DNA from: Takakia lepidozioides | Lineage: Eukaryota; Plantae; Bryophyta | Assembly (NCBI GenBank): GCA_030704615.1 | Contig: CM060732.1 | Span: 24,180,001-24,244,000, forward strand | Direction of reading: 5' to 3' | DNA length: 64,000 nucleotides | Part shown: piece after piece, positions 48,001 through 62,200 of the stretch | Layout of the letters: the number at the start of each line of letters is the position of its first letter | How positions within the stretch are numbered: the first letter of the stretch is position 1 | Made by a program: the position numbers and the translations under genes | Notes under the pieces: generated by a model | Told to the model about the DNA's origin: nothing | The model's database searches: none | What the model saw: only the letters and a program-made list of their open reading frames with translations

Positions 48001-49903
48001 TCAAGAGAAAACTTGTACAAAATGTTTGCTTCTCCATGGGCTGAGGGCCCCACCCGGGGTGAGCCAGAGTTCACACTGCCGCAGTGCTATGTCCAACAAG
48101 CCCCCCTATTGCAGGTATACTCTTGTTTACATGTGGCCTCACCTACAGATTAGGGTGCATGTGGGGTAGGCTTCCTTGCTTGGTGGGAATACACATTGTG
48201 GTTTATTTACTTCTGTTAGTGTTATCCATCTTGCAAACATATAACAGGAATATTACTTTTTTGCCGTCAACTGCCCCCCTCCGACCCCCTGGAGGACATG
48301 TGAGGGATGTGTACAACGAGGTGAGCTTGATGTTGCATTAGCCCACATGATTGGATGTGCTGAAAGAGACTACAGTTCCATTAAGGAACCCTTAGACAAG
48401 ATCCTCTCAGAACTTGGGAGAGCTTTTTATCTACATGTGTTGGAGGTGGAAACGTGAGAAAGGAACCTGGCATGTTGTGCATCAAATCCCAGGTGTGCCA
48501 ATGTGTGGAGAGTGATAGAGGTTTGGGTTACAACAGACAGACAACTCTCGGAACACATTGAAACTTGTTTATGAGCTTCACTTTAGTTCTTTGACTTCAA
48601 TTTTTTTCTTCTCCTTCCGAAGTGGCAAGTGCTGTTAACACTCAGTGCTTATACCCACAAGATATCATTTCACAGCTCCAAATTCTATCTGTTTGAGGCC
48701 CTCTTTCTTATTGATGGTGCTGTTTCTCATGGTTTCTGCAGCCCGGCTATTTCACAAAGTTTCAGCAAGATACTTTATTTTACATATTTTACAGGTGATA
48801 ATCAATTCCTTTCATGTGTTGGTGCTCCTATCTCTATGCCTGCTTATTCTTACCCTTGTATAATCCACAGAATGACCTGTTATCTTACCTGACATCAATC
48901 GTATCCTGTAGTGTTGCGTCCATGTATTGATTGTCAGGTAAATCAGCAGCAGCAAATATGTCACAGGCATATTCTTTTTATTGCAGTGCATTTTGTTAGT
49001 GCCTAGATGTTCCGGTTTAGATGGTCGGATAAGCAGTGTCGGTATCTTAATACAGTGTTAAATAACCTGATATTGATTGATTCAGGTTAGTACAGTACAG
49101 TGTGACAGTGCTAGAAGAGCTGGGTTCTTTAAAGGCTTAACCATCCTGCTGTTGTTTTGGTTACTGTGCAGCATGCCCAACGACGAGTCTCAACTGTATG
49201 CTGCTGATGAGTTGTAAGTAGCAGCTTCTCTGCATTTGCTTATTCCCGGGAAGTGGTGGTTCTCTATCTTTCAACTGTGTGTTCTGGATTTTATTTTGTG
49301 AGCTTACTTCAGAATTACTTACTCAGAGGTGTCATACTGACTTCGTGTCATTGCCATGGGACTGCAGGTGCAGCAGAGGGTGGTTCTACCACAAAGAATA
49401 CAAGCTGTGGCTGACTCGGGTTCCCAACATGGAACCAGTGGTCAAGACAAACACGTATGAGCGGGGCTCATACTACGTTTTTGATCAGAGCACGTGGGAA
49501 ACTGTTCGGAAGGTATTCCCTTTGTCCGATATTATGGACTACTTGTGATATTTTTCAGTGTAACCCCCTTGTGCCTTCTTGGACTAGTCTCTCAGGTCTT
49601 GCTTTATCAGCCTACAGTGTTACCAGTGAATGCATGTACCTCCTCTCATCTTTCCCAATGTTAGACAAATTTGGTTGGTATCGCTATGTCTTGGAACAGG
49701 AATCCATAAGCATTGTGACTGTTTAGTGACGGGGTTAGAACTGGTGCCTAGTAATCAGTGAATGGAAGAGTTCGGAGGTGTAGCGGAAAGCAGCTAAAGT
49801 AACCTCTGTGATGATGTTGGGGTGGGGTGGGGGACCACAGGATAACTTTCTGTTGCATTATGAGCTGGTGGAGAAAAGACCACAATTGCCCTCTCAGCAC
49901 TAA
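42086..49903 (+). CDS. NOT2: CCR4-NOT subunit NOT2/VIP2. Exons 42086-42200, 42822-43000, 43277-43754, 44390-44602, 44996-45097, 45720-45814, 46566-46754, 47683-48114, 48742-48794, 49172-49213, 49368-49512, 49841-49903; possible first micro-exon MSNLLATKS from 41185
   Basis: GT-AG junctions with consistent phases. Peptides LQGLHNI, GRFTSNNL, FDINDFPQL, QQNQEFSIQNEDFPALPG, DRFGLLGLLSVIRMSDPDLTTLALGTDLTTLGLNLNS and the NOT box TLFYIFYSMP..RGWFYHKE..YERGSY..KDNFLLHYE. The start exon is uncertain. Confidence 0.93.
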
Positions 49904-51903
49904 CCTGCATCTTTCCTATGCCTGCTAGAATCAGAGGCTATGCTGGCACACACTTCGATACATCATGAGGGATCAGTTACATTTGCGTTCAAATGTTGCA
50001 AAATTTGTTCTCTTACATTAATGAACGCTGATTGACGTTGGATTGCTTCTCTTCTCTCTAACTAGTCTTCCTCAGAAAAGAAGTCCTCTCTGGTGGCAGC
50101 AATAACAGATTTTCAAGGCCAGCTTTTCTTTGACAAGGGGTCTTGTCGAGTGGGAGTCTGAATTCTGAGTCAAAGTGTGGTGACAAATTCAATGTATGTA
50201 AGGGAACGGGTCTAGGGTTTAACTGCTTCATGCACATATCAGCCTCTTACATACACAACTGTATACTCTTTGTTGAAATTTGTTGCTGATTGCCGTTACA
50301 GAATCGTTGTTGATCTGGACCACCAAATTGTTTCTGTGTGGCTCAGTTAATTCAGTCACGATACCCTAGTTATCTTCATGTAAGTAGATGCTAGATCCGA
50401 AATTGGAGTGTGGGATTTGAGCGCTGGTTGAGTGCCGGTCTCTTGTTGGGTAAGTGAATGGACAAGATCAACTTCTGACTTGTTATGGCACGCATTGCGA
50501 AGGACTTAAAGAGTATCCCTTCGTTTTATGTTTGAAGCTTGTCTTTGATATTCTTGCAATATTCAAGTGTTAAGTTGCTGTTGGAGTTGTCTAATTAGGA
50601 AGGTCTCTGGAAACGAACGTGTTTGCAAACTGATGCTGCGGATTCAAGCTGCTGGGCAGGTGGTGAATCTGTTCTTTGTTGTCTATGCCACGTTCTCAAA
50701 GGTACCCCAATGTAAGAATGGGTGAGGTAATCCGTTATGAGGATTGATGTTTTTCATTGTCTGCTGCATCCCTCCTGGATATTGGTGCTCAGTGCTGTGG
50801 TTTCCAAAACTTGGTTAAGGAGCAACAGGTATTACTGATCACCTTGTGTCGTTGGGCTAGGAGTAAGGATGTCACCTTTCTAGGTGGTTCTATTGAGTCT
50901 GGCAAATATTGTCAGCACAGTTTGCCGTGGACAAAGTAGAACTGACATTTGTCTCTCTACCCCCATTTGAGCCCACCCCCAACAGCAGTTGGTACTGGCA
51001 AGGGGAAGTGGCTCTTATTGGACTCTGGCTTCGGCCAGAGTCTTCTCCCTGTCTACTACTCCCCTTGTCTAATCCATGCTACGTGGTCATCGGTTCGATG
51101 GCTGCAAGGAGTCAAGCATCTTTTTCTCTATTCTTTCTCTAGGTCTATGCCTAAAGCAAGTGTACTTCATTGTTCTTCTCGCTTTTGTGAAGAAAGAGTA
51201 GGGACCCTTGAACACTGGCTCTGATGAAAAGTTGAAGACACTGAGAACTCTTTCGTTTAGAGGTGTCAGTGTGACAGTGATATACTGAATGGCTCACCCC
51301 AGAGTGCATGCCGGATAGATGAGAGAATCCCTGTTGAGGGAGGATGTGCAGAAATGTCTGCATATGACTAACCTTTGCTCCAATATTGGAACGACAACCA
51401 GCTTCTACCAGTTGGGCTGCTGGATCTCTGGCATGGCCAAAGTTTGGATGGAATCAAGGCTCACTGCATCTTAAAGCTGCCATGATCTTACCTCTCCCCT
51501 ACAACTCCTAGCAGGATTTGATAGATGCACAAGATTGAAATGTCTCTTTAAGGGGTCCTGCGTATTTACAAACCACGGTCATACCTTTGATCCTTCAATG
51601 AATACTCCAGGGAAGTGGTAGATGCCCACAGCCTTGAAATCGTTGCCCACCATAGAGCAACCACCTCATCTCAATGCACGTGCCAAGAGAAGCGATGGTT
51701 GCACTCCCCATCATGGGGGCAGTGCTTCAAAGCAGTCTTCAGTTTGGGAAAGGAGCAGATTGTCTGTGTTGTTGTGCAATACTGTGGGTGGAAAGAAGTC
51801 CCACTACACAACACCTGTCTGTCTCTCTGCAATATCCTTTCAGATCCAGCACCATTTGATTAGATGTCTCTCTCATCAACCATGTTCTGTGGAGATCTCC
51901 CCA

Positions 51904-54900
51904 TCACCAGTGTGTGAAGTCGGATGGTCGACGTGTTTCAGTTTCAATAATCGACTCTCGATAGACCTGATCCTCTCCGGTAGGCCCTAGACTCATTGGT
52001 GTTGACAATGCAACGATGAAGTCCTCCGTCTTGACAAAGAGCTTGCCGATGGCCACTTCCAGTGAGTCGTCCTCAACGGAAGTCTCCTTGCCCTCTTCAA
52101 TTTCTTTCACCATGTCTGGATCCCAATTAAGACACCCTGTGCCATGGTATACATGCAGGAAAGTTTCAGACCCAAGATTCAAAAACATTTGTCATAATCA
52201 ATTTACAGCAGATTTGTGAAGAGAGTGGTGAAGAGGATGAAGAGACCATGAGCTGGTCGGAATTCGTACCAGCTTCTCGGAAAACTTTGAAGATTTGGCG
52301 CTTCAGCTCCCTGATGAGTTTCAGGAAGTCATTGGAGTCTATTTCATCAAACATATCCTCGTCGTCGCTATCATCCAAGAATTTACCCAGCTTTTTACAC
52401 ATGGCTGCTTCTATTTGCTGCAGGTGAGACACCACAAAGATTCAACAGGCAAACATGGAATCCATGAAAGTGGTAATGTTTGTTCATAGTTTGAGCTACG
52501 TACTGTATACTTGCTTGCGCACAACTTTATGTGGCATTTGCTTTAGAAGCACAGATTTTTCAATCAGACCTGTTGTGGCCTCACAGATCATGGCCCTTAC
52601 TAGTTTGCTCTAGGCGCTTAAACAGTGAAGCTTGTCCAGAGAGAGACATGTCATTCCATGGGAATGTTGGCTTGCTTATGGCCATCAACCCCGCAGGAAA
52701 CTAACACCTCCTGGAGTCTTTTGTGGAGTTTGCACCCACCATTTAGCTTATCCTTGCATCTCAGCTGCAGGGATAAACTTATTTTCCTGCGACTGCCATT
52801 ACACAGAGGTACTTGTCCACATGCAAACTGGGTTGTTCATTTTAGTTTTACTGCCCTTCATGTGCCGCAAAAATGACATGCCCATCACTCTGGACTGTGT
52901 GCAGGGCGGGGGATAGAGAGAGAAATGAAACTGAAATGGTACTTATAGCGTAGCAGAAAGCTCAAAGAGCTTATGAGAGAGAGAGAGAGAGGGGGGGAGA
53001 GAGAGTGGCATACCATATTGAGATCTTGAACATCGCGGATAAGTTTAGCATGCCTTTCACGTGCTGCCACCAATTCGGGTAGAACTTCCTCCACCTGTTC
53101 CTTCTCGAGTTGTAAAGGCTTCTGAGTCATCATGAATGCCTTGATCTCTATGAGCTTTTCATACTTTTTGGTGTGTGGTTTTGAAACGAATTTTTGCTTG
53201 CCCTCATCTCCTTCGATCACAAACATCTTCTTCAAATTCTCATCCTGCAGCACAATTTTGGAAGACGCAAGCTTAAAACTTTTCGTGTGCTTGCATTTTT
53301 TGGGTTCTTCAGTTAACAGCTGTTGTATGATCGTTTGTGATGCTTTGAAGACTTTTGTAGCTTGTTGAACTGTCTGGTTATCAGTCCCGATTCTGTGCTA
53401 TGATCCTCACTGCACCTTGTCTTGCCCTCTCTTATCTGTGCAAAGGTAAGGTGCATTTTATTGGGGGAGTTTTGGACTAAAGGTGGAAGGGCAGTCTCAA
53501 CGTACAGTCATGAGAGGCAGCGTGGTTCGCCTTTTCTTCATATTTTCCGTCCTTTCTTTTTCGCTCTGAAGAGCAGTCTCAGCAAGAGGTCTGCCATCCA
53601 TGCCTTTCCAGGTTCCATATGTCTGCCACCTATCATAAGCGCTCTCTTCTTCCATCATTTCCAAAATCTCTGGTGGATACAATGACGATTGTGGGTAAAG
53701 AGACAAGTCAGTGACTCCAGCAGCTCCCACAGAAGCGAACACATGAGCTCTTGGAAAGCAGCACGCGGGTATGTGAGGTAAAGGGAGCGAATTTTGGAGG
53801 TGTCCGAGAAGAAATGAAGGATGATCACGGTGGACCTGAAATGAGTCTTTGATAGTCGTGTCGTTCTTCATACAACTCGTAGCTCTCGTTTACGATGTTG
53901 TTCATCTCCTTCATTTTGTCTTGCAACTCAATCTCCAACTTGGCGTGGAGCTCCTCGAACAGACCGTGTTCTATCTTGAGCGAGTTCATCTCGTCCTGCA
54001 TCACTTTGTTGTGGAGTTGCACCATCGTAAGGTCTTGGGTAGCCTGCCAAGCAAGATTGAGTGTGATAAAGTGTCCATACTCCATACCCTGGGGATCCAG
54101 AGGCAGAATTTCTTGGCCCTTTACTGTGCCTGGTGTGGAGGAGGAGAGTACCTTAGACACTCGGTTCTCCAAAATGTGGGTGTGGATCTGAGTGGCGTAG
54201 TTGTGCTCCTTGAAGGCATTGACACCCCCCATGGTTTTCTTGGAGGTGTACTCATCTGCGCCCAATGTGGCAATCGCCCTTTCAAGCTCATCCACACGCT
54301 TTGCCTCCAAGTCCATTTTGTCAATCCACATGCCACACTCGGCATTCAACCTCGCCATTTCCGCTGCATAATCCTGCTCCCCAAGGGGTTTCCAGTTCAG
54401 ACCTGTTAGCTTTCCTTCCACACTGTACACATTTCCTGCTACATCTCTGCTGGAACTTTGGTGATTTTGACTTGGACTGTAGATCATTTGCGCCGGTGAT
54501 CACGAGGTTCATGCAAGTAGGACTTAATGGAGGAACTGGTTGAGGGGAGTGTGCCTCAGGGTAGAAAATGTCAATCTTGTTTTGCGTGTTTCTGTTGTCC
54601 AGCTGCAGTGCTTCCAGCATCGCTGCCTGCCGCCGAAGCACCTGCTCACTTTCCTCATGATAGTGACGCTGGCTGGCCTCCATCTTCCTGTAGGTCTTGT
54701 GCAACTGTTTCATCTGAATACCAATTCACGTAATGGGGGCTTTTATTACGAGGCTGGAAAGGTAGTAGCATTTGCCGTTTGCACAAACAGTCCTTGATCT
54801 ACAACTTTTATGGGTGTATCTCTTCAGCTACCAAAACCCAACTGTACAGCATTCAGCATTCAGAAGCTCAGACAGTCCAATACGTTTTATGGTGCATGGA

Positions 54901-55125
54901 TTGCTGGCTGGCGGATGGTGAAATACGCAACATACTCTTTTAGACAAAGCTCGGTAGGATTGAGTTTGTGTGGGTTACCTCTTCTTCGACGGACAGCTTG
55001 TCCATTCCTTTTGGTACCAAAGGGCCCCATTGTTTGGGTGGAGGTTTTGGTGGCGGTGGTTTTGGTGGGAGTTCCTCAAGTTTCTTTGGTACGTCAGGGA
55101 TGATGATACTGGCCGATCGGCACCA
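51904..55125 (-). CDS. Divergent coiled-coil protein resembling outer-dynein-arm docking complex subunit ODA1/DCC2 (CCDC114/CCDC63 family). Tentative exons 55125-54979, 54713-~54555, ~54400-53836, 53669-53506, 53244-53014, 52417-52270, 52136-51904
   Basis: QLHKTYRKMEASQRHYHEESEQVLRRQAAMLEALQLDN; KKTMGGVNA..QIHTHILENRVSK; HNKVMQDEMNSLKIEHGLFEELHAKLEIEL..MNNIVNESYELYEER; VFREAGC across a phase-1 intron. The start codon and one junction are unresolved. Confidence 0.6.
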
Positions 55126-58100
55126 CTGTCACACACAGAAATCGAAGTGGAGAAAACAACCGATGAGTTTCCCTGCAACTTTTCTCTCTCGGTGATCAGT
55201 CCATCGATGTTAGATCATAAGCATCCTGGCATGAATGATGAATATCCAACTAATTGCAGTGGTGTCGAGTGGCTACCCGATCCAGAAAGGGATTTTAAAT
55301 TCTAGAACATCACAAGAAGCCTGGAGAGAGAGTTGAGATTTGGGTTTGAGCAACCCCTCAATTTATATGATCAGAGAAACAGGTATTGATTCAACATGGA
55401 GGTAAGGCATCTATTAGAACTCACACAATCTTTCTTAGGTATTCAAAATGCCTTGTCTCTATCCATACAAGTCTGTTTACTGATTCGAGAACTTGGCTGG
55501 TGCACTTTAGTATCAAGAAACATCCGTGTGCAGCTATAACCTTTCAGAAGGCTCAAGGTTTCCATGCTAAGTTTGGAGATTATGATGTCCAATTCTGACA
55601 GAAAGACAGCTGTTTGTTCACGACGCTTCATAATATATCACTCTGATGCCACGGATCATGTCTATGCAGTGTTTATGTGGCATTGCCAAGGCAGTTGTAG
55701 ACCTTTGGCCACCTCCATCTTTTTGGTTGCTTTGGCGTTGGTGGTTCTTCTGACGGGGGTGATGACGGCCTGTCGGAGATGGCACTAGCCGGTCGGACGG
55801 GCTTCTTTTCCTTCTGCAGGCCGATCCCAGGTACCGGAATGAAGAAGACAACTGATCAGTATCCAAAAACTTTGACTTGCAACACGGATATTTCCTAAGA
55901 ATTCCAAAGCAGCAGCGGCAAGAATGATGGCTCACACCAACCCGAATTGCAGTGGTGTCATGGCTACCCAACAATTCGCAAAGTTGCACCAGGAGAACCT
56001 TTCATCATCAAGCAGAATGACCAGCTGAACTGAGAAATTGGACGTGGCAGTATGTCAGTCTGCAAAATCCTTTACAGTGGAACTTACAGTACCTAGACAT
56101 ACTTTACTTCTAGGGCAAGGAAACGGATAATTGAGTGGATGCTAGAAGATCGCGCATCTTACCATGTTGCTCAACGATCTCACTGAGCTGAATCCCTGGG
56201 GCGGGGAAGAAGAATTGCGTCATTCATGTGCCTTCAGGGTAGCCCAGCTCCAGACACAAAGATTCAAGCGAAATAGAAGGAGGTTGCAGTGAAGTGTCAC
56301 GGAGCTACAGTTAGTTGGCAAGCAGGACTGAAGGGGCACCGGGTAGTTAATAAGTTGAATAGAAGGGACACTCATGCTCCATGGTGACTTGGTGGGCGGT
56401 GATTGATGAGAGCCGAGGATGGGTGATTACAGGTCGCGGGTAAGGAGCCAGTAAAAAAGCAGTTGTGGAGCTGATCAGAGGGCACAGGACGAGATGGGGA
56501 GCATTGTGGTGAAGGCGTCCGAAGTGCAGAGTTATTATTCGTAATCTAGTCTCGTGATAGGAGCGAGCGAGAAGTTCAGCTGCAATTTGACGTCCGGAGA
56601 TTCAGCCGAAGTCCGTTATGAGACGCCAGATGAACCAATGTGTCTCCGATCTAGTGGAGAGGCATATTTTCTGTTCGGCAAAGACCATGATGATGAGACC
56701 ACGATGATGGGAAGGATAGGCACCGGAAGGATAGGCACTGTCTCTGTTCTTGAATCAGAGGGGGTTAAGTACCAAGTGAGTTGAGAGAACATATAGATCG
56801 GTCATCAGTTGAAGGGAGAAAGGCAGAAAGAGAAAGGACTTGAACCAATATTAATGGGTTCATAGCCTGGTTTGTGATGGTTCATCTCTCCCTTGTTGTA
56901 TTTAGAAGAAAGCAGTTCAAGAGCAAAGAACCTTTATCACGTGATTTTGGGTTTAGTGTCTGTGTATGATGTACTCATAAATTAACATTGCTTGCAGTAG
57001 ATGATGGTAGAACCGATGCCCAGTTGAACGGAGCAGCATTTCAGGGTTGGAGAGGGAGAACAGGGAGACAGCACGGAGGCCACTAGAGTACCCTACGTCG
57101 AAGTTTGACCGTCCTCCAGCTACTGGCGAACGTGGGAAAAGCATTTGGGTAGATCTTGAAAGTGACGTCTTTTGGGATTGTATGCATGGGTTGGGAGATC
57201 GAATGAGCTACAGAGAGCATCACTTGACTGGTCGCATCAGCCTGCTTTTAGGAAGATAAGCATTGAAGCCACTTCCTCTTGCAGCCAGAATATGACAGTT
57301 CAGAATGACCTGGGCGGTTCCCACAAAGTTTTCTTACAAGCTTAGTGAAAGCTATGACATTCCAGAGCTGCTTTATGAAGTTCCGAAAGTCTAGGACCTC
57401 CTCTGTGATGGGGACCAAGACCATGTGAAGATAGCAAGGCTCGAGACACAATAGTTATCGACAGAGAAGACTATGCTCTTGTGGGACAGTCCGGGTGCTA
57501 AAGCTTACCATGTGAACACTTTTGGTCTTTCTGGGCCTTTCCACCGCCGGGCTTAGGTTTTCCTGCCTCTTCCTGCCTCTTCCTGCATGAAGTACATAGA
57601 GACAATTAATCCTGGAAAGAACTCTGCATCATGGTTTGGAGCTAATCAAACAGGGCAGAGGGGAGCTGGTAGTCATTTACCACCTCCAAGGATGACTTGA
57701 AAAGGAAAGGAGGTTGGTGCATGCAATGGAATTCTTTCTAGGTGGGTTTTGTGAGCATTCGGTTGGAACTTGAAGCAGAGAACATTGCAATTTATTTTCC
57801 TGGAAACAGATAATAAACCTCTGTTATCCAAAGGGTCATTGTAAGGCAACCTGCAAAATGGATTACATGTAGCATGTACCTGGTAACCTGGTAATGTCGT
57901 CGTTCACTGGGTCTCAGGCGTGGGTGTCAAGGGTGCAGTTCAATAATGATGGCAAAAACTGCAAACCTTGTGTTGGACTACATTCAGTAACCTTCACTGC
58001 AAGATCAACATGCAATCCCTTGGGGAAAATGCAGGGCGGATTGTAAAGTGGAGGTTGCAATGGCCCTGAATGTTCGGTTGGATCTGTGAAATTCTCACCA

Positions 58101-58889
58101 CGCTGTCGTTTTGCAAATTGAGGGTCTGTGGATCCCCTGTGGGTTCTTTCATACCAGCCGAGCTTTCCGATTTCGATGTGAGATTAAGAAGGTGCACAAT
58201 TCAGAAGACTTCTCTGTGTGATTCGATCATCTGCATTGAAGGAAAAATATCCATTCAAGGGGAAGTTTGGGCCCAGTTTGGGTTTCGGAAGCTGCAGCAG
58301 GCCCTAGCGGCGACCAGTGTAATGGTCCGCATGACATGAACTTAGATTGTTCAATCAGATTGTGCAAGCAACGTTGCCACCACCACAGTTCTCTTTCTGT
58401 GCCGGCATATCTCTCTCTCCATGTTGCTAGGCAGCAGTGGCAGTTACAGGCCGCCCACAGATTCACTCGAGTTGCATAGGTTCCCGAGAAAATCTACATC
58501 TTCCGAGAAAATCTACATCATGTGATAAACTTGGCCATCATCCGCCAACTTCTATCCGCCTTCATTGTAGTTGCAAAAGCCAAAACTGCACCGTGCTCAG
58601 ATCACGGATGAAAGCCATCCTTTCATGCTCGAAGCCCTTCACCCCACTTGGGCTGCGAAAGCCTGAAATTGGTGCCTTCAGAGAAGAAAGGCAGAAAAGG
58701 AAGGGACCCAACAATCGCTCAGGTCAGATGGGTAGCGGAAAAATGTTTGTGGTTGTAGAGATCCCCAGGAAGCAAACTTTTACCAGTCGGCCATCTGCTG
58801 GAAGCTGGAGGTGCATAGTCATAATTTCTGCAATGGGCTTGCTCCAAGCCAGCACAAAGGACGTTGGTTTCCTGTACTCCGCTCCGCTC

Positions 58890-59292
58890 CCTTGTTGCTC
58901 CCCGCTTACAGAGTTGGAATGGCAGCCGCCACTTTCCTCAACGCGCAGGTAGAGGCCATACCAAAAGCCGCGTACTGTTCTTGTGGTGAATGGGCGGAAG
59001 GGCTGACATCTCGCAGCAGATTGGCCGGCCACCATGTGGAGCTGGAATGCGTATCCAACTTGGGCCCGAGACCCTTGCTGCACCGCTGCCTTGTTGCTTC
59101 CCGCTCATAGAAGTGGGATGGCAGCGTGCTCCGCCCCTCTCCGCAGCGCGCAGGTGGAGGCCATACCCAGGACCCCGTCTTCTTCTTGTGGTGAATGGGC
59201 GGAAGGGCTGATATCTTGCAGCAGATTGGCGGGCCAGCATGTGGAGCTGGAATGCGTATCCAACTTGGCAATCCCAGGCCCGAGACCCTTGC
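58890..59292 (+). repeat. Tandem ~200-bp duplication of the first coding exon of the PPR gene
   Basis: Units 58890-59078 and 59089-59292 both encode MAA..AQVEAIP..SCGEWAEGL.S.SRLAG.HVELECVSNL..GPRPL, in different frames. Confidence 0.9.
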
Positions 59293-62200
59293 AAGTGATG
59301 GCTGTGACGCCTACCGTGCCTCCAAGGAAATCGAAGAAAGGTATTGATTGATATGCAACACTTCTCAGATTTTTTGGGTTTCCCAAATCGGTGCTTTGGA
59401 GCGATCCAGGCTTCATTGTCCTTCTCTCACTTCTCCTCTGATATATAATTTTATTTTTACCGGAGCGAGTTTAAGAGAAATGAAATGAAATGGTACTTTA
59501 TGGAGAGAGAGAGAGAGAGAGAGAGGAGAGCAAGTTGTAAGAATAACATCCTGGTGGAGGCAATTGGAAGCTAACAAACTTCTCATATTCGTCCAGTTTT
59601 TGCGCGCAGATCAAGGAATGAGCATAGAACGGCTCTGGCAGGAGTTCTTCTCAGATCCCTCACAGTGGTGGGATAACAGGTCTGCAAAGGTGAGCATTTC
59701 TTTATTATTGAGAGAGTTGGTCAAGGAGGGCTTGTCACTGCAGCTGAGCGGATTGGACCTCCAAGTCCTTAGGTGATTGCCAGTTCTGCTCTGTTTTTAG
59801 TGAACAACAGCAAAAGCGAATTATCAAAAGGTTAGCAGTGTCTGCAAGTAGGGAGTTCTTCCTTGGTTTCTGAAAGTGACTTTTAGCTTGGGTGGTTATA
59901 GCCTGCTCTATGCAATGCTGGTGCTGAAGCTATGGCTGCTGAGCTGTCCACTTGTCGATTTCACAGATAAGCCCGAGATCACCAGACTTCAGGCACAAAG
60001 AAACAAAGGAGGTCCTTTGGGTCGAGAGTTTGTTGAACCCGCCTTGGGTGAAAGCAGAGCTAGATGCCATGACAGGAGGTCGAGTACAATCTGGTGATAG
60101 TTCTGATGTCATTGTACAGGATGGAGCTCCAAGCGGAGAATACAATGGGTATTGTTTTCTTGATGATGATGATTGCAGTACATGTCTGCACTAGTCTTGG
60201 AACTTTGCCTCCTAAGTAGAATTCTCTTGGCAGTATCCAGAAGCTTTATGTGAGGGTGAGTTAATGCATCTAACTTGCATCTAACTTGCATCATGCAGGA
60301 CTGGACGGTTTAATCAGTCACAATTCTTTGTCAGACATTATACTGGTGGCAGGGTTAACACATCTGCCATCACAACTGCTTTTGAAAGAGGACCAAGAGA
60401 AGGAGTAAACTATAGCTCTTCTGACCCTAGTGGGGACCCAAGGACACCAATGGAGAGGATGCACATTTTGAATCTACGGGGCATTCGGGCAGATTTCCAT
60501 ACTTATGTCTGTCTGCTGCAGGAGTGTATCAACATGAAAGACCTAGCAGAAGGAAAGCAGCTGCACGCCCATATAATGCAAAGTGGATTCAAGCCAAACG
60601 TTTTTTTACTGAACTGCTTTATCAACATGTATGCGAAATGCGGGAGCCTTCTGGATGCACGCAAAGTATTTGACAAAATGCCTGAACGAACTTTGTCTAC
60701 TTGGAACATAATGATAGCAGGATATTCCAAGCGGGGGTATGGTAGGGAGGCTTTAAAAATATATGAGCAAATGCAACAGGAAGGGGTGACACCCAATAGG
60801 GTCACCTTCATTTGCACTGTCAATGCATGTGCCAGCTTAGGAATCCTGGAAAAGGGCAACAAGGTCCATGCTGATGTCATTAAAGCTGGAATTGTGTCGT
60901 ATATTAATTTGGACACTGCCCTTGTTGACATGTATGCCAAATGCGGGAGTGTGAATGATGCTCGTCAAGTATTTGACAACATGTCTGAACGAAATGTGGT
61001 CTCATGGAATGCCATGATCACAGGATACACTCAGCGTGGGTGTGGCATGGAGGCTTTTGAGATATATGAGCGAATGCAACAGGAAGGAGTGAAGCCTGAC
61101 AGGGTCACTTTCATTTGCGTTGTCAATGCACGTGCCAGCATTGGAGGCCTGGAAAAGGCCAAAGAGGTACATGCTGACATGATCAAAGCTGGAATCGCAC
61201 CAGACCTTGTTCTGCAGACTGCCCTTGCAGACATGTATTGCAAATGTGGGAGCATGAAGGATGCACGTGAAGTGTTTGATGGTATGGCTGAACGAAATGT
61301 CATCTCATGGAGTGCGATGATTGCAGGATATGCTCAGCATGGGTGTAGTAGGGAGGCTTTCGAGATGTATGAGCAAATGCAACTGGAAGGGGTGACACCT
61401 AACAGGGTCACATTCATTGCCATTCTCAATGCATGTTCCAGCCAAGGAGCCCTGGAAAAGGGCAAAGAGGTCCATGTTGACATTGTCAAAGCTGGAACTG
61501 CACCAGATATCATTCTAGAGACAGCCCTTGCTGACATGTATGCCAAATGTGGGAGCATGAAGGATGCGCGTCGAGTATTCAATAATATGGGTAATCGAAA
61601 TGTCATCTCATGGACTGCCATTATCAAAGGATATGGCCAGCATGGATGCGGTTGGGAGGCCCTGCAACTATTTGAACAGATGCAACTGGAAGGTTCGAAG
61701 CCGGACAGTATTACGTTCATGTCCCTTCTCTCCGCCTGCAGCCATGGAGGCCTAGTGGATGAAGGCCATCACTACTTTCATTCCATGTGTCGAGATCATG
61801 GTCTCACCCCTACAGTGGAGCATTTTAACTGCATGGTGGACCTTCTTGGCCGTGCAGGGCGATTGGATGAGGCAGAGGACCTCATTAACAAAATGCCACT
61901 CAAACCAGATGCAGGGGTGTGGAGAGCCTTGCTTAGTGCATGCAGAATCTATGGCGATGTGAAATTAGCAGAACACGCAGCAAAATCCCTTCTCAAGAGT
62001 GATCCACAGCAGGCTGGAGCTTATGTGCTGCTATCAAACATCTATGCTGCAGCTGGCAGGTGGGATGATAAAGCAAAGGTGAGAAAAATGATGGAGGACA
62101 GACATATCCAAAAGGAGCCAGGGCGCAGTTGCATTGAGATTGACAACAAGATACATACATTCATTGTTGAAGATAAATTGCATCCACAAATTGAGGAAAT

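Noticed and set aside
155-49903. Functional cluster of gene-expression regulators (MED25, CERES, NOT2)
   Set aside because: Adjacency alone is not evidence of a cluster in a eukaryotic genome, and no shared regulatory feature was seen.
55600-58700. Short ORFs and exon-like pieces between the ODA1-like and PPR genes
   Set aside because: No recognisable domain or consistent splice model; may be decayed gene fragments.
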